DNA of 64,000 nucleotides from Schmidtea nova (Eukaryota): NCBI GenBank assembly GCA_044892505.1, contig CM097884.1, positions 60,202,001 to 60,266,000 of the forward strand, read 5' to 3'. Shown piece by piece: positions 34,753 to 45,606 of this stretch (position 1 is its first letter; each line of letters starts with the position of its first letter). The notes under the pieces were generated by a model. It saw only the letters and a program-made list of their open reading frames with translations, ran no database searches and was not told where the DNA came from. The position numbers and the translations under genes were made by a program.

Positions 34753-37700
34753 TCATAATTTCCCGCCAACACTTACCGGTAATTCATTTGTACATTTCTC
34801 ATATTTCGCGATTTTCACTATAGTTTCTTTGCATCTGTAACTGTATAATGCTTCTCCAAAGATCCTAGCGAATACACCATTTTCTGATATTAGCATGGGT
34901 GCTACTAAATTTGGATTAGTAATTGCCATTGCCATTCGATTTCTAAGTATTTCCTTGTTCAACTTACAGTCGTTTAGAATCATTTCTCTATATACGTTTT
35001 CCATGATGTTTTGACTAAAATGAAACAAATAGTCAATTTTATTATTGAAGTAATGAGTTAATTTGATATCATCCCGGTGAATTCTTGTTTTAGCTTCATA
35101 TACGATTGTTTTAGATACATAAACTCCTTTGTAATTTGTTGCATATACAGTTTGACCACATTTACTCGTTATGTCCTTTTTTATGAACCGCATGCTGTCT
35201 GTTGGCAATGTTGACATTAACACTGTTGCCGTTTGTCTCGTCCAAACTTGGGTTGATCTAACTGTATTGTTCGGTTTATAATTCACATTAAAATTGTCCG
35301 GTCTTTCCCTAAATTGCTCTCCGCTCAATTCTTTGAAATTAATAGTTTTTAAATGGGATAATTTGCATATATTAGTCTTGACATCATAGACAAGAATCGA
35401 TTCCCCAGTGTGACAACTAGTTTGTTTCATATTACAGAATGGATGAGTTTGTAACTTTCCTGTATCGTCATCAAACGACCCTTCGAATACTCTCAATTCT
35501 GTTAGATATTCCTCTATTACTACTGCTTGTTTTATCACTTGATCATTTATTTTATACGGTTCTCCCTCACAATTGCCGTCTGATTTCATTACTCCTTTCA
35601 CAATTAATGTTTCTCTGATTTGATGGTTTACTCGAGCTTTCAATCGAATTTCAGGACTAATTTTTAATTCCCCTGTTTGAAATGCCGTTAAACAGTTTTC
35701 TGGTAACACGTCCACCGGTCGTGGAATAGCATGCATTTTTATCATCGGAGTATGGCTCCATTTGCCACAAAAGAATACGAACGTGGTTCGTTTAACGATA
35801 CATTCCCTAACTTGAGAACGCCGTAAATCGGATTCTTGGTAAACATGATATTTTGCTTCATTTTCAATTTTTAATTTTCTTGGGTATGCATCTGGGCATT
35901 CTGTCATATCGACCACAGAATAAATTTTCCCCATTTCTGTTTGTGAGCAATCGTATGCCACCAATGAAGTAGCTTGTGCAATTATTGTGCATAAAATAAC
36001 CATCATGAACATCACCCAAGGGAATATCGTAGTTTTTCTTAGTTTTGGGTCTGCTTTTTCGTTCAACTTTCTTTGAGGTGGATTCTCATCTTCTTGTTTC
36101 TTTCTTTTCTTTGTTATAGATGAATTTAATGCTTTCCACCCTCCAAGCTCTTTTATCCTTTTCATCAAACATTCATTTAATAGTCGAGCCGCAGTGTCAA
36201 TCAAATTCTCAATCTGATCTGGCCTAGTAAATGCACGAATACCAATTTCGGAAACCACATGTGTTAAACTTGTTAACACTGTTTTTCTATCGATTCCATT
36301 TTCGATCAATTTTTCAATCCTTTCTCTTTTACAGAAATCACCCTTTTTTCCAAATTCATGCTCAATTTTTGGGAGTCTCTCTTTCACTTCCTCTACCATC
36401 CCTTTCAATTCCTCCTCAGCTTCTGGTTCTATTTTTAGAATTGGGTAAACAGTTTTAACTAGGTTTCTTATTATTTCTTTAGTTTCATCAACTTCCCGCT
36501 CTATATTTACCAAATATTTCTTCATCTCATATAAAGTTCTAGGTTTAGTACTCCAATTATTCATTTCCACTTTCTCGACATTTGTCTCTCTGCTAATTGT
36601 AGTTTCTGCTACCTGACTATTGATTTCCTTCTGATCATCATCTTCATCGTTAGCTATTTCGGTTTCATGTTCTCCTATTTCATCTCCCTTTTCTTCTGTG
36701 TCGGAGGATTCCCCGTTACCAAGCATTCTCGGGTTAAATTCTTTATTTGCTATTATACGATTAATTAAATATCCCTGACTTCCGTCAGTACTTAAATATC
36801 CATATTCATCTAATTCTTGTGGTATGCATCCACAGTCATATAAATATTCATCGTCATCCAGTGCTTCACCTTTATGTTTCAACACTATAATTCCATCTTG
36901 TCCTAACATCTCCGTAGCTCTTCTACGTATTTTCCGCACTTTCGTACACCAATGCTCTTCTACATACTCAGTTTTTCCAATATCTTCGTATTCTATTGCA
37001 ATTACTAATAAATTCAATTCTGCTCTATCTTCTCTAAGCTCCTTGCCCAATTTTCTCAGTAATCTCTTTAAATTTCTACTATATCTGGTTCTTTTAAACA
37101 GATGCGGTCGCATTACGTTGATAATTTCTATTTTATTTTTTTGCTCAAATTCAGATTTCTCAATTAATTTCACTATTTCATTTATTTCGTTTTCATCGCC
37201 AATATATAAAACATCAGATAGCTTCTTTAACACTTCCCTCGGATCACTTTTCACCATTTCACAACTACTCCTCATATTGACTATTTGTAACTCATTTTTA
37301 TCTCCTGGTATAAAACCACAGTCTACCAAATATTCCTCGTTATCTAATTCTCTATTTTTAAATTTTAATTCTACTACCCATCCTTCGCATTTTTCTCTTA
37401 GTCTCCTTTTTAAATCTTTAACACAATCATAGGCTTCACATCGACAAGTAATCACACTTTTATCACAGTCATTAACAACATCAATAAAAATAAAATCTAA
37501 CCATCCATTTTCTCGGAATGCTTTTCCAAATGTTTTCATCAACTCTTTGATTTCATCTCTATCTGCTAAATTTATTTGATAATAGTTTGCACACAAATTA
37601 ATCACGCATTTGAGTTTCCTCATACTCAGTGACATTTGACTCAACTTTTTAATTGACATTAATATTTTGGATGATTCTCTTGCGCTAGCTTCTAGCAATT

Positions 37701-39210
37701 TCTCAAGTCTCTTCATAATTATTGTAACTTTTTCGCTTTCCAAATCGTCCTTTGTACATACTCCTTTCGCTTCCGTTTCAGTCATATCCGACCCATACAT
37801 CATGTGATTATCTAATTCCTCATCAGATTCAAACTTAGACATTAAAAGATCCAAGCGTCGACCCATTTCTTTCACTTGATTTTCAATTCTATCATTAAAT
37901 TCGTCTGATTGAACAAAAGCAACATTTTCTGCTGGCATTCTATCATTTTGAAAACGAATTGATTTTTTTAATATTGGTTTCTGAAATTTATCGACATTTC
38001 TCGGGCATGATCTAGCCATATGTCCATAGCCTCGACATGAATGACATTGGATTTGGCCTTGAAGGTTCACTCTATCTCGTTGTGGTGATGGCGAAGTGGA
38101 TGGAGATCTCGATCTGGCAAAACAATTACGTGAAACATGTCCTTTCCTTCCACAGTTGTAGCATTGTATATTATCATTAGTTCGTTGATCTTTCATACTA
38201 AATTTATTAAACCTTTTTTCACTATGACCCTTCATCCAATCTGGCCACATTCGTTTTGGGCTTCGTTGTACATTATTTTTAGACCAGCATTGATTGCTAT
38301 TGTGACCAATCTTTTGACAGTGATCACATTGAATTGGAGTTGGGCTTTTTTGCGATCGGTTATTGAACCAACATTGATCGGCATGATGTCCCATCGGTTG
38401 ACAATAACTGCATTGAATTGGTTGTTCTTTTTCGTCAATTTGAACACGTGTTGATTTATTCATCTCAAATTTTGGTCTAAATTTTGGTGATGGACTACTT
38501 GATTGCTGGAGCCGATTGTTTCTGACTGGAGAATTGGATCTTTCTCTTGGTTCATTGATAATCGCGAAGGATTCTGATTTCGGCTTTGCACTTTTTAAAT
38601 TTAATTCAATTTTCATAGCCTTTTTGATTAACTCATCGAAGTTATTGAAATCTACATAACATAAGGCTTTTTTGATTTCCCCTTTTACTCCCGCTAAGAA
38701 CTGATCTTGTAATAGTTCCTTTACCTGCTTTGCCACTTCAATCTGTTCCGGTTTTACTTCGAATGCCTTTTCTGCAAGCGTAGTCAAATGGTATGTAAAT
38801 TCACTTACGGATTCGTCTGATTTTTGTACTCTATTATAGAATTTCTGCCTCATTATCCGTTTGATATCTCCTCCGACTAACTTCGCGGCTAAGGCATCTT
38901 TCAGTTTTGTCCAGTCATTGGCAATTGTCCTTTTGTTAATTTGTTGCCAGGCTTCTCTTGCTGCTCCCTTTAAATACAGCGGTAGTCTTTGCACCATTAT
39001 TGATTGGCTCCATCCATAGGCTGTGGCATACATATAGTAATCTGTCATAAAGTCGACAAATTCCACTGGATCGCCCCCATATTGGTTAACTGGTAATTTT
39101 TGGCTGCTAGCATAATCATTGCAAATTCCGGTATTGCTTGTGGACATGGGTGTATCATCATGACCGTTTGGGTTGTTCATTTCGTCTTCTGGTTTCCTGT
39201 TGCTTCTCAA
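34753..39210 (-). CDS. gag: Gag (CA plus 4 CCHC knuckles), two ubiquitin-like domains, Bcl-2-like domain, signal peptide and Env ectodomain
   Basis: CA motifs LPLYLKGAA and Q..DESV.EF; knuckles at 38006-38412; Ubl motifs VKDLK..L.FKN.ELDNEEYLVDCG and L.HKGEALDDDEYLYDCG; RIKELGGW; and AYDC...FCG.WSH...C....G.C.G. Confidence 0.9.
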   Translation of the reverse strand: MRSNRKPEDEMNNPNGHDDTPMSTSNTGICNDYASSQKLPVNQYGGDPVEFVDFMTDYYMYATAYGWSQSIMVQRLPLYLKGAAREAWQQINKRTIANDWTKLKDALAAKLVGGDIKRIMRQKFYNRVQKSDESVSEFTYHLTTLAEKAFEVKPEQIEVAKQVKELLQDQFLAGVKGEIKKALCYVDFNNFDELIKKAMKIELNLKSAKPKSESFAIINEPRERSNSPVRNNRLQQSSSPSPKFRPKFEMNKSTRVQIDEKEQPIQCSYCQPMGHHADQCWFNNRSQKSPTPIQCDHCQKIGHNSNQCWSKNNVQRSPKRMWPDWMKGHSEKRFNKFSMKDQRTNDNIQCYNCGRKGHVSRNCFARSRSPSTSPSPQRDRVNLQGQIQCHSCRGYGHMARSCPRNVDKFQKPILKKSIRFQNDRMPAENVAFVQSDEFNDRIENQVKEMGRRLDLLMSKFESDEELDNHMMYGSDMTETEAKGVCTKDDLESEKVTIIMKRLEKLLEASARESSKILMSIKKLSQMSLSMRKLKCVINLCANYYQINLADRDEIKELMKTFGKAFRENGWLDFIFIDVVNDCDKSVITCRCEAYDCVKDLKRRLREKCEGWVVELKFKNRELDNEEYLVDCGFIPGDKNELQIVNMRSSCEMVKSDPREVLKKLSDVLYIGDENEINEIVKLIEKSEFEQKNKIEIINVMRPHLFKRTRYSRNLKRLLRKLGKELREDRAELNLLVIAIEYEDIGKTEYVEEHWCTKVRKIRRRATEMLGQDGIIVLKHKGEALDDDEYLYDCGCIPQELDEYGYLSTDGSQGYLINRIIANKEFNPRMLGNGESSDTEEKGDEIGEHETEIANDEDDDQKEINSQVAETTISRETNVEKVEMNNWSTKPRTLYEMKKYLVNIEREVDETKEIIRNLVKTVYPILKIEPEAEEELKGMVEEVKERLPKIEHEFGKKGDFCKRERIEKLIENGIDRKTVLTSLTHVVSEIGIRAFTRPDQIENLIDTAARLLNECLMKRIKELGGWKALNSSITKKRKKQEDENPPQRKLNEKADPKLRKTTIFPWVMFMMVILCTIIAQATSLVAYDCSQTEMGKIYSVVDMTECPDAYPRKLKIENEAKYHVYQESDLRRSQVRECIVKRTTFVFFCGKWSHTPMIKMHAIPRPVDVLPENCLTAFQTGELKISPEIRLKARVNHQIRETLIVKGVMKSDGNCEGEPYKINDQVIKQAVVIEEYLTELRVFEGSFDDDTGKLQTHPFCNMKQTSCHTGESILVYDVKTNICKLSHLKTINFKELSGEQFRERPDNFNVNYKPNNTVRSTQVWTRQTATVLMSTLPTDSMRFIKKDITSKCGQTVYATNYKGVYVSKTIVYEAKTRIHRDDIKLTHYFNNKIDYLFHFSQNIMENVYREMILNDCKLNKEILRNRMAMAITNPNLVAPMLISENGVFARIFGEALYSYRCKETIVKIAKYEKCTNELPVSVGGKL

Positions 39211-39443
39211 ATCGTAAAATGGTCTGGTTGGTATAACTTTATCTCTTCTGAATTTTAATGTATCAATTATAAAATTTTACCTTTTGTTGAACTGCTTTCC
39301 ACAACTTTATTCGATTACCTTTACAATTTCAACGAGTAACGTTTACGTTTTAATCAATAATTATTCAATTTGCTTTCTTTTTGTTACTTTGCTCGCTTCG
39401 GAATTTTGAGTATTTCCTTTTAATAACCTTTCACCGACTTTGG

Positions 39444-39461
39444 ATCACGTCGGGCTCACCA
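39444..39461 (-). promoter_or_regulatory. Primer-binding site, tRNA-Trp type
   Basis: Minus strand TGGTGAGCCCGACGTGAT lies 3 nt inside the 5' LTR end and is complementary to a ...ATCACGTCGGGCTCA-CCA tRNA end. Confidence 0.85.
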
Positions 39462-39464
39462 AAA

Positions 39465-40247
39465 TGTTGGGTATTTGCGATGTTTAGTCGGTGCTGTTAG
39501 TCTGACTCCTCGGTGTTCTTTAAATTTGATTCAATAAAATAACCCAACACAGAAGAATTTATTTGTAACAATCACACTTTTTGACACACTAAGTCTCTTT
39601 AAAATTTCACAATAACTTTTATCACTGCTTCTCCGACTTCGCGTAGGGATAAGTCTCCCCAAGGAAGATCTCTTTTTCTGGTACGCTGGAATAATAAATT
39701 TGGTTTGGAACTTTTCAAATATCGCTCTTAACTCCTCACTTGCTGAATTCACTTACTTTTGCTTCGACCATTCTGGCCAATTTTAGTATTTGTCGTTCCC
39801 TTTTATACTGCTTCTGATGATTGGTTTCCCACTTCGCTGCAGCTGTCAAATGGTAGTACGATTTGACGTTTTAATTTTCCATCTGTCGGTTACTCTCCGG
39901 GTCTCCTCCAAAGTTATTTTTCTCAGGAATTATTACCTGTCATATTGCTTGTCCGGGTTCTCCATTGTCTCGGGTTTCCCATTTGTTCGGGCTTTCCCTT
40001 AGCCAATTAATTATTAATTAATATTTTAATTATTTCTTTCTGGCGACCCCCCATTGACTTTGTTTTGTTATTTTTGGATTCGTTTCAATATTCGGCATCC
40101 ACCCATACCAATTTCCCCCGCTAATTCTCTGTTTCCGAATTTTTCCTAAATTTTAATTAATTTTGAAAATTTTATACGTTATTGATTTTTACTAAGTTTT
40201 TATGATTTTTATTTTTGCATTTTCCTAATTTTTATTAAACCCCAATA
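39465..40247 (-). repeat. 5' LTR (783 bp)
   Basis: Minus strand has CCAAT (~39820), TATAAAA (39801-39807), donor GTAAGT (39751-39756) and AATAAA (39558-39563). The terminal TG reads TA in this copy. Confidence 0.97.
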
Positions 40248-40301
40248 AAACCAATTAAGACATAATCAGTTTGCAGACTGGTACTTGGATTGATAGTGTT
40301 A

Positions 40302-41483
40302 CGTGGTGCTCCCAATAAGTACTGTCACTCATAGAAATAAAAATGACATGTAAATTAAAATTTTACCCCATATACTTGTGTTTATATAAGTATAAAGATT
40401 ATTTTCCTGATTATTTTCCTGTATTTTGTTTGTTTTCAGAGCACTAATTTAAAGATGTCTCTCGAAGCAGTTCACTATCGCAGGGTCATCCGCTTTCTAG
40501 TTTTGAAGGGAATGGACCGTGAAGGAATTATTTCTGAATTACGCGGTGATTACCAAGAAGAATGTCCATCAAAACGCAGAATATATAGTTGGTACAGTGA
40601 ATTTCAGAATGGCAGAACGTCAGTTGTGGATGAATAGGAGTGTGGAACATCTCCGGAAATTCATGGAGAAAAATCGGAAAAGATGGTGAAAATTGTGCAG
40701 TCAGAGCGGAGAATTACCAGAAAAAGTTGACATATTGCCTAAATGTTAGTAAAGGCACAGTTTCTTCTTCGCAAATTATGTTCCCGGTTCGTGCCACGGT
40801 TTTTAACAGCTGAAAGCAGCTTAATAGTTTCGAAAGTTGTAAAGAGAAACTGGAAATTCTTGACAGTGTTGGTGAGACTCAGAACGAAACACCAATGTCT
40901 TTATACATCCCATAGTCCAAGAAAGAGTCCAGTACGAAAAAAATGTGGTCATCAACAACTCACCGAAAGTGTTTGGGAAGCCAAAGGCATTTTTTTGACA
41001 GATTTCACTGAAAACGGTGTGAGAGGAGACAGTGCCTATTACTCAAACCTGGAGGAAAGGACAAGAAAGCTGAGACGGAAGAACAGAGTATGTAAGCTTT
41101 ATTATTTGGATGATAACGATTCACCCGGTTCACACAAGTGCTGCTTCCAGATCAAAAATCGAGGACTGGGACTGGAATTGTTAAAGCACCCTCCATACAG
41201 TCCAGATCTTGCTCCCTCGGACTTTTACTTGTTCAACCATTTGAAAAGAAGCTTGCAAAAAAAGATCTTCGTCGTGCAATGGAGAAGTTCTTCAAGAATA
41301 AGCCTCGAGAATTCTTCAGAAAAACCTTCTTGGAACTCGCATCTCGCTGAAATAAGTGCATGGACCAGCATGGAAATTATTTTGAGAAATATGCTCATGT
41401 TGGGGCCTGTTGAATCCTCAAAATATCATGAGTTTTGCTAATGCCTTTCTTTATGAGTGACAGTACTTACTGGGCGCACCACG
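40302..41483 (+). mobile_element. Mariner (DD34D type) element with decayed transposase
   Basis: TA-flanked TIRs CGTGGTGC(T/G)CCCA(A/G)TAAGTACTGTCACTCATA; FVPRFLT and HPPYSPDLAPSDFYLF; stops and frameshifts present. Confidence 0.93.
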
Positions 41484-42657
41484 TAATTTGATTGATAGGT
41501 ATTACTTAATAATATTATTAGTTTCATTATTATTATTATTAATATTATTTAAAATTCGAATTAAAAATTTCTTCTTGTTCCCATATTTCCCAAATAATAC
41601 GTATATTTTCCTTATTGTATCATTGAAAACCATTTAATTTTAAATATTGTCAGTAAAACTCACAGCTTCCTTATGTAACCCTTTTTTATTAATTTTTAAA
41701 TATTATGCCATTATTCTGTCTTTGTCGAATTCTCCATGCTTTATTGTCTATTAAAACTTTTTTAATTTAATCCAGTTTTTCATACCCTTTTCTTATGTTT
41801 AGTACTTTAAAATTTTAGTTAAAAAATACCAGAGTCCCTTTCCGCCTGTAGAAAATTTATGAGTTGAAAATCCTATACAAAATAATTTAAATCTATTTTA
41901 CTTATTTAAAAAATTTACACGTATTTTTAATTTAATATAAAAATCTCAATTAAAAATTATAGTTCAAAAATATAAGATTTCCTTTTTGTCTAAAGAAAAT
42001 CTGAGAATTGAAAATCCTATACAAAATATCAAGACCAAAATCCCACTGAACTACTGTAATAAAGATCAGACAAAATTTCCTATACAACAGATTCAGGCCA
42101 AAATCATTGTAGCCAACTTAACAAAAGATCGGCCAAAATTTCTTATACAAAAAATCTCGAACTAGCAGGAGGGCTGAGTTAGAGCCATAATTACCCACTA
42201 ACGGCTTTGCATCTCCCTATTCTATTACACATTATTATCACTGTGTAACTTGGCATTTTATTCAATTCAAATAAAATTGAAAGAGCTATCAACGCTTCAT
42301 GTGCCAGCACATTTAATTGAATTTATTAACTACATTTTAAACTTTAATTTCAATAAATGAAAATAAAAATAAATAAATGACGAAAAATATAAAAATAACA
42401 AAAGACCCTCAATATTTTATTCACATAACTAATTATAAAAGTAATATAAACAATGCACTTAAAAAATAAAATTAATAATAGAAAGATGAAGTTGTTCATT
42501 TGAAGGACTTTTCACTGATCGGTTGAACAACACAGAATCATATACTACACAAATATAGATTCGAACATCGAGTAGTGAACAGACAAAGATTCACAATTTA
42601 AAACAATAAATATATATCACCAAAATGGAACGATAATTATCACATGGACGACTTATT

Positions 42658-42746
42658 CTATCTGGGTTTAAGAAGATCCCGAATGGTTTCAATAAACTCT
42701 CTAGCAATGTACAAAAGTTTTTGAACCTGATGCTTCTCTGCCATTT
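42658..42746 (-). CDS. SGSM: SGSM/RUTBC-type TBC RabGAP, last exon
   Basis: TTTTAG| acceptor followed by (E)MAEKHQVQKLLYIAREFIETIRDLLKPR*; phase agrees with the previous exon. Confidence 0.85.
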
Positions 42747-42959
42747 CTAAAAAATTAAAATCAGATTTCTACTAATAATAAATAATATAAACATTATATA
42801 ATATATTTTGATAATTTTATTTATAATGATCAAAGTTTGTTTGCTTGTAACAGTTATATACAGTTATGTCTCCTAAATCGATCAAAAATACAAATGGCAA
42901 GATTAAATATTTATTTTAAAACACACTTTACTTTTAGATTATTTAAACAACAACAATTT

Positions 42960-43830
42960 CTATAACTCCCCCTTTCTCTAAGGATCTGCCCATCTCTTCA
43001 ACCATTCGATACGTCGAAGTTTCTTTGAATCTCCATCGATCAGCTCCACTTGGTGTTCTGACAAAATATCTCTGCCATAATCCACTGAATATAGAAGTTG
43101 TTAAAAAGTCTCTGACTGTTCATATAGTCCTTTTACACCAGCCCATTCGAAATTCTAACCTTTGTCTGATAAAATGACTTCGTGGTTTACCGAATCTATA
43201 TATCCACTTCCCTAATATGGCTTTGAACATCGATTTTGTTCATCTTGTCTTTCAGTGCAGTTAGACTAACCATCTTGCTAAAACGGTCAATAATAACTAA
43301 TAAATATCTGTAACTTCCTTGAGGTTTCATGTGGGCTATATCTACAACCAATTATTTTAGGAAATCTGAACTCATTATCGGTATCAGTCGTTCCTTTGTT
43401 TTCTCCTGTACTATCTTCCGTTTACAACATATTTCACATGATCTTAAACAGCTTTGAATTGTTCACTACATATTCGGCCAAAGTAAATCGCTCATGTAAC
43501 TTGTTAATTTCTTCACTCCATTATGAAACATTCCTGTATGTATGTCTTTGATTAATGTATTAGTGTAGTCTAGTGGTACTAATATGACATCTTTTCCGTC
43601 TTTCTCAAGCAGTAATAATCCGTTTTTGAATTTTTTGTTCTTCAGCAAATTAAAAGGGAATTTCTTCCTGTTCAGAGTTCCTCCATTCTTTTTTCCCAGT
43701 AATACCCTTGACATGTGTATGAAGTCTACGTCATCCTCTTGTTTGCTTAATAGTCTTGTCACTGATTCAGTCTTCTGTAATATACTAATATGTCTCACTC
43801 TGGTTCTCTTTCGCGTCTTCATGTTGTGTC
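42960..43830 (-). pseudogene. Decayed Gypsy integrase fragment
   Basis: IHTGMFHNG...LWPNM, CEIC, VDIAH, YLLVIIDRFSK and WIYRFGKP, with stops and frameshifts. Confidence 0.8.
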
Positions 43831-43975
43831 TGTAATTGAGTATATAACATCACCTTGATCCTTGAGATACCGAATTTAATAAAGACACCTACTATATCTC
43901 CGGGTTGCTTGGTAGATGTAAATAAGACCGATCTGTAGAATGACACTTTTCAGTACGATTATATGAAAAAATATT

Positions 43976-44179
43976 GTGATTAAGAAGCCTGAAACTACTT
44001 TATATAGGCAACCAACACTTCTACTCATTGATTATAATGACCCACATATTACCTTGATGAATACTAAAAGGGTCGAAAAATATAATATTTTTATAATATT
44101 GATTCCATCGAAATTAATGGGTCTCCTTCAGCCATTGGATGTATATTTTATTCTCAGTTTTCAAGAGGTTTATAGTTGA
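43976..44179 (+). pseudogene. pogo/Tigger DDE_1 transposase fragment
   Basis: LLLID...H and IPSKLMGLLQPLDV. Confidence 0.75.
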
Positions 44180-45438
44180 TTCCAACGATATTAAGCAAAT
44201 GTAAATACAATAAAACAAAACAAATGAATAATATTATGGACATATTTTTTTCATATAAGAATTTTATTGGTTTAAAATTCAAAAAGTTTTTTATTCTACA
44301 ATGTCATTTTAGGAAACAAATAAACCTCTGTAATTAATTGTAAGTCAAAATTCGAGTTGATACTGAATGATAACTTAGACTCATAGTTTAGTTGTACTTC
44401 CATCACAAATAAAAATGGTACACTGTAGGATTTATGTAATAAAAACTTGTCCAAGCGGTTTACAATAAAAATCATGCTCATCAAAATTTAAATGGTTTAG
44501 TTTTCAAAGAAAAAGATTTCAAATTTTGCTGTTATTATCGTAATTTTTTATATTTAAAAAATATATTTACATAAGAATATTTGTTGAATATCAACAACAT
44601 AAGTTTTCTAATTTCTTTGTTTTCTTGAAGATTATTTGAACCACACTAAACGGTGTTACAACAGGATTAATAACCAAATGCAAAACTTATTTATTTGTCT
44701 AGATATTCTATTTTATCTGATAAATATGCTTTTCGAATTTACATTTCATTCTATTAAAACATTATTTGATAACTTAATTAGATAACGCCAATAGATAAAA
44801 AATATTTCACTGGAACACGAATTTTTGACACTACCTTTTTTCAAAATGAAAATATCTGAAATTGAAAAAAATCCTACGTAGCTAACATTGAAAATCTTAA
44901 CTTTATATTCACAACACTAATAACAAAACAAACATGACACTAACATAATTAAAAACAAACGCCAAACCAAATATATATTCTGCACAATATATTTCAAGAA
45001 CTTCATTCTCATCATCAGGTGCTATTCATTCTTCCATTCCAATATAAATCAAACAAATTGATATTCAAACAAATTAATTATAATTTTTAAGCAAAATGTA
45101 TATTATAATCTTATAAAATAGCCAAAACATTTATAACGATAAAATTTTTTTAAAATTTAAATAAATTAATCTTAAAAAATTATGATTCATTTCTTTGAAA
45201 ATCAATTTCTTTGATTTATATTGAAATGGTAGAATGAATAGCACCCGATGATGAGAATGAAGTTGGCATTTGTTTTTAATTAATAACAAAGATCAAATGT
45301 TAAAATTCATAAAATTATTGAGTTTGCGAACAGAAAATCTTTTTCCTTTTATAAATTTCCCTTTGTATTTTAATTCTAGTACAGTTTTCTTTACAAATAA
45401 CAAATCATCAATTGCTAAATTTAGATTGGAAATTTTAC

Positions 45439-45606
45439 CGTTAAAAAATTTGATTATGTCCGTATATTCCATATTATTGTCTAAAATAATGTCTCGGTAA
45501 TAATATAGCAGACTCAGAGCAAGAAACAAATTGAAATAGCTCGATGCCACATGTCCAGCACTCCAAATTGTTTCCCAAACCGTAAAAACATCAGAATAGC
45601 ATAATT
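45439..45606 (-). CDS. SGSM: SGSM-type TBC RabGAP exon
   Basis: (E)[55 protein letters not shown], with AG/GT boundaries in phase. Confidence 0.9.

Larger units (their letters stand above)
29068..39210 (-). pseudogene. Single 3,381-codon polyprotein frame interrupted by three in-frame stops
   Basis: All four ORFs share one frame. Junctions read GGKL*FMEP (34753), HQE*SDRQIKAM (32884) and ELF*IMKIST (30949). Confidence 0.92.
22948..40247 (-). mobile_element. Large (17.3 kb) env-bearing Ty3/Gypsy LTR retrotransposon, full length
   Basis: Two ~99% identical LTRs, 4-bp TSD AAAC (22944-22947 and 40248-40251), PBS, PPT, and pol order PR-RT-RH-INT. Confidence 0.97.

Noticed and set aside
30949-34755. 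Programmed readthrough at the three in-frame stops
   Set aside because: All fall inside folded domains rather than at a gag/pol boundary, and their number fits neutral decay. Not excluded without other copies.
27623-38454. Plus-strand ORFs such as 28107-28391, 36824-37432 and 38137-38454
   Set aside because: Antisense shadows of the AT-biased polyprotein and exonuclease frames.
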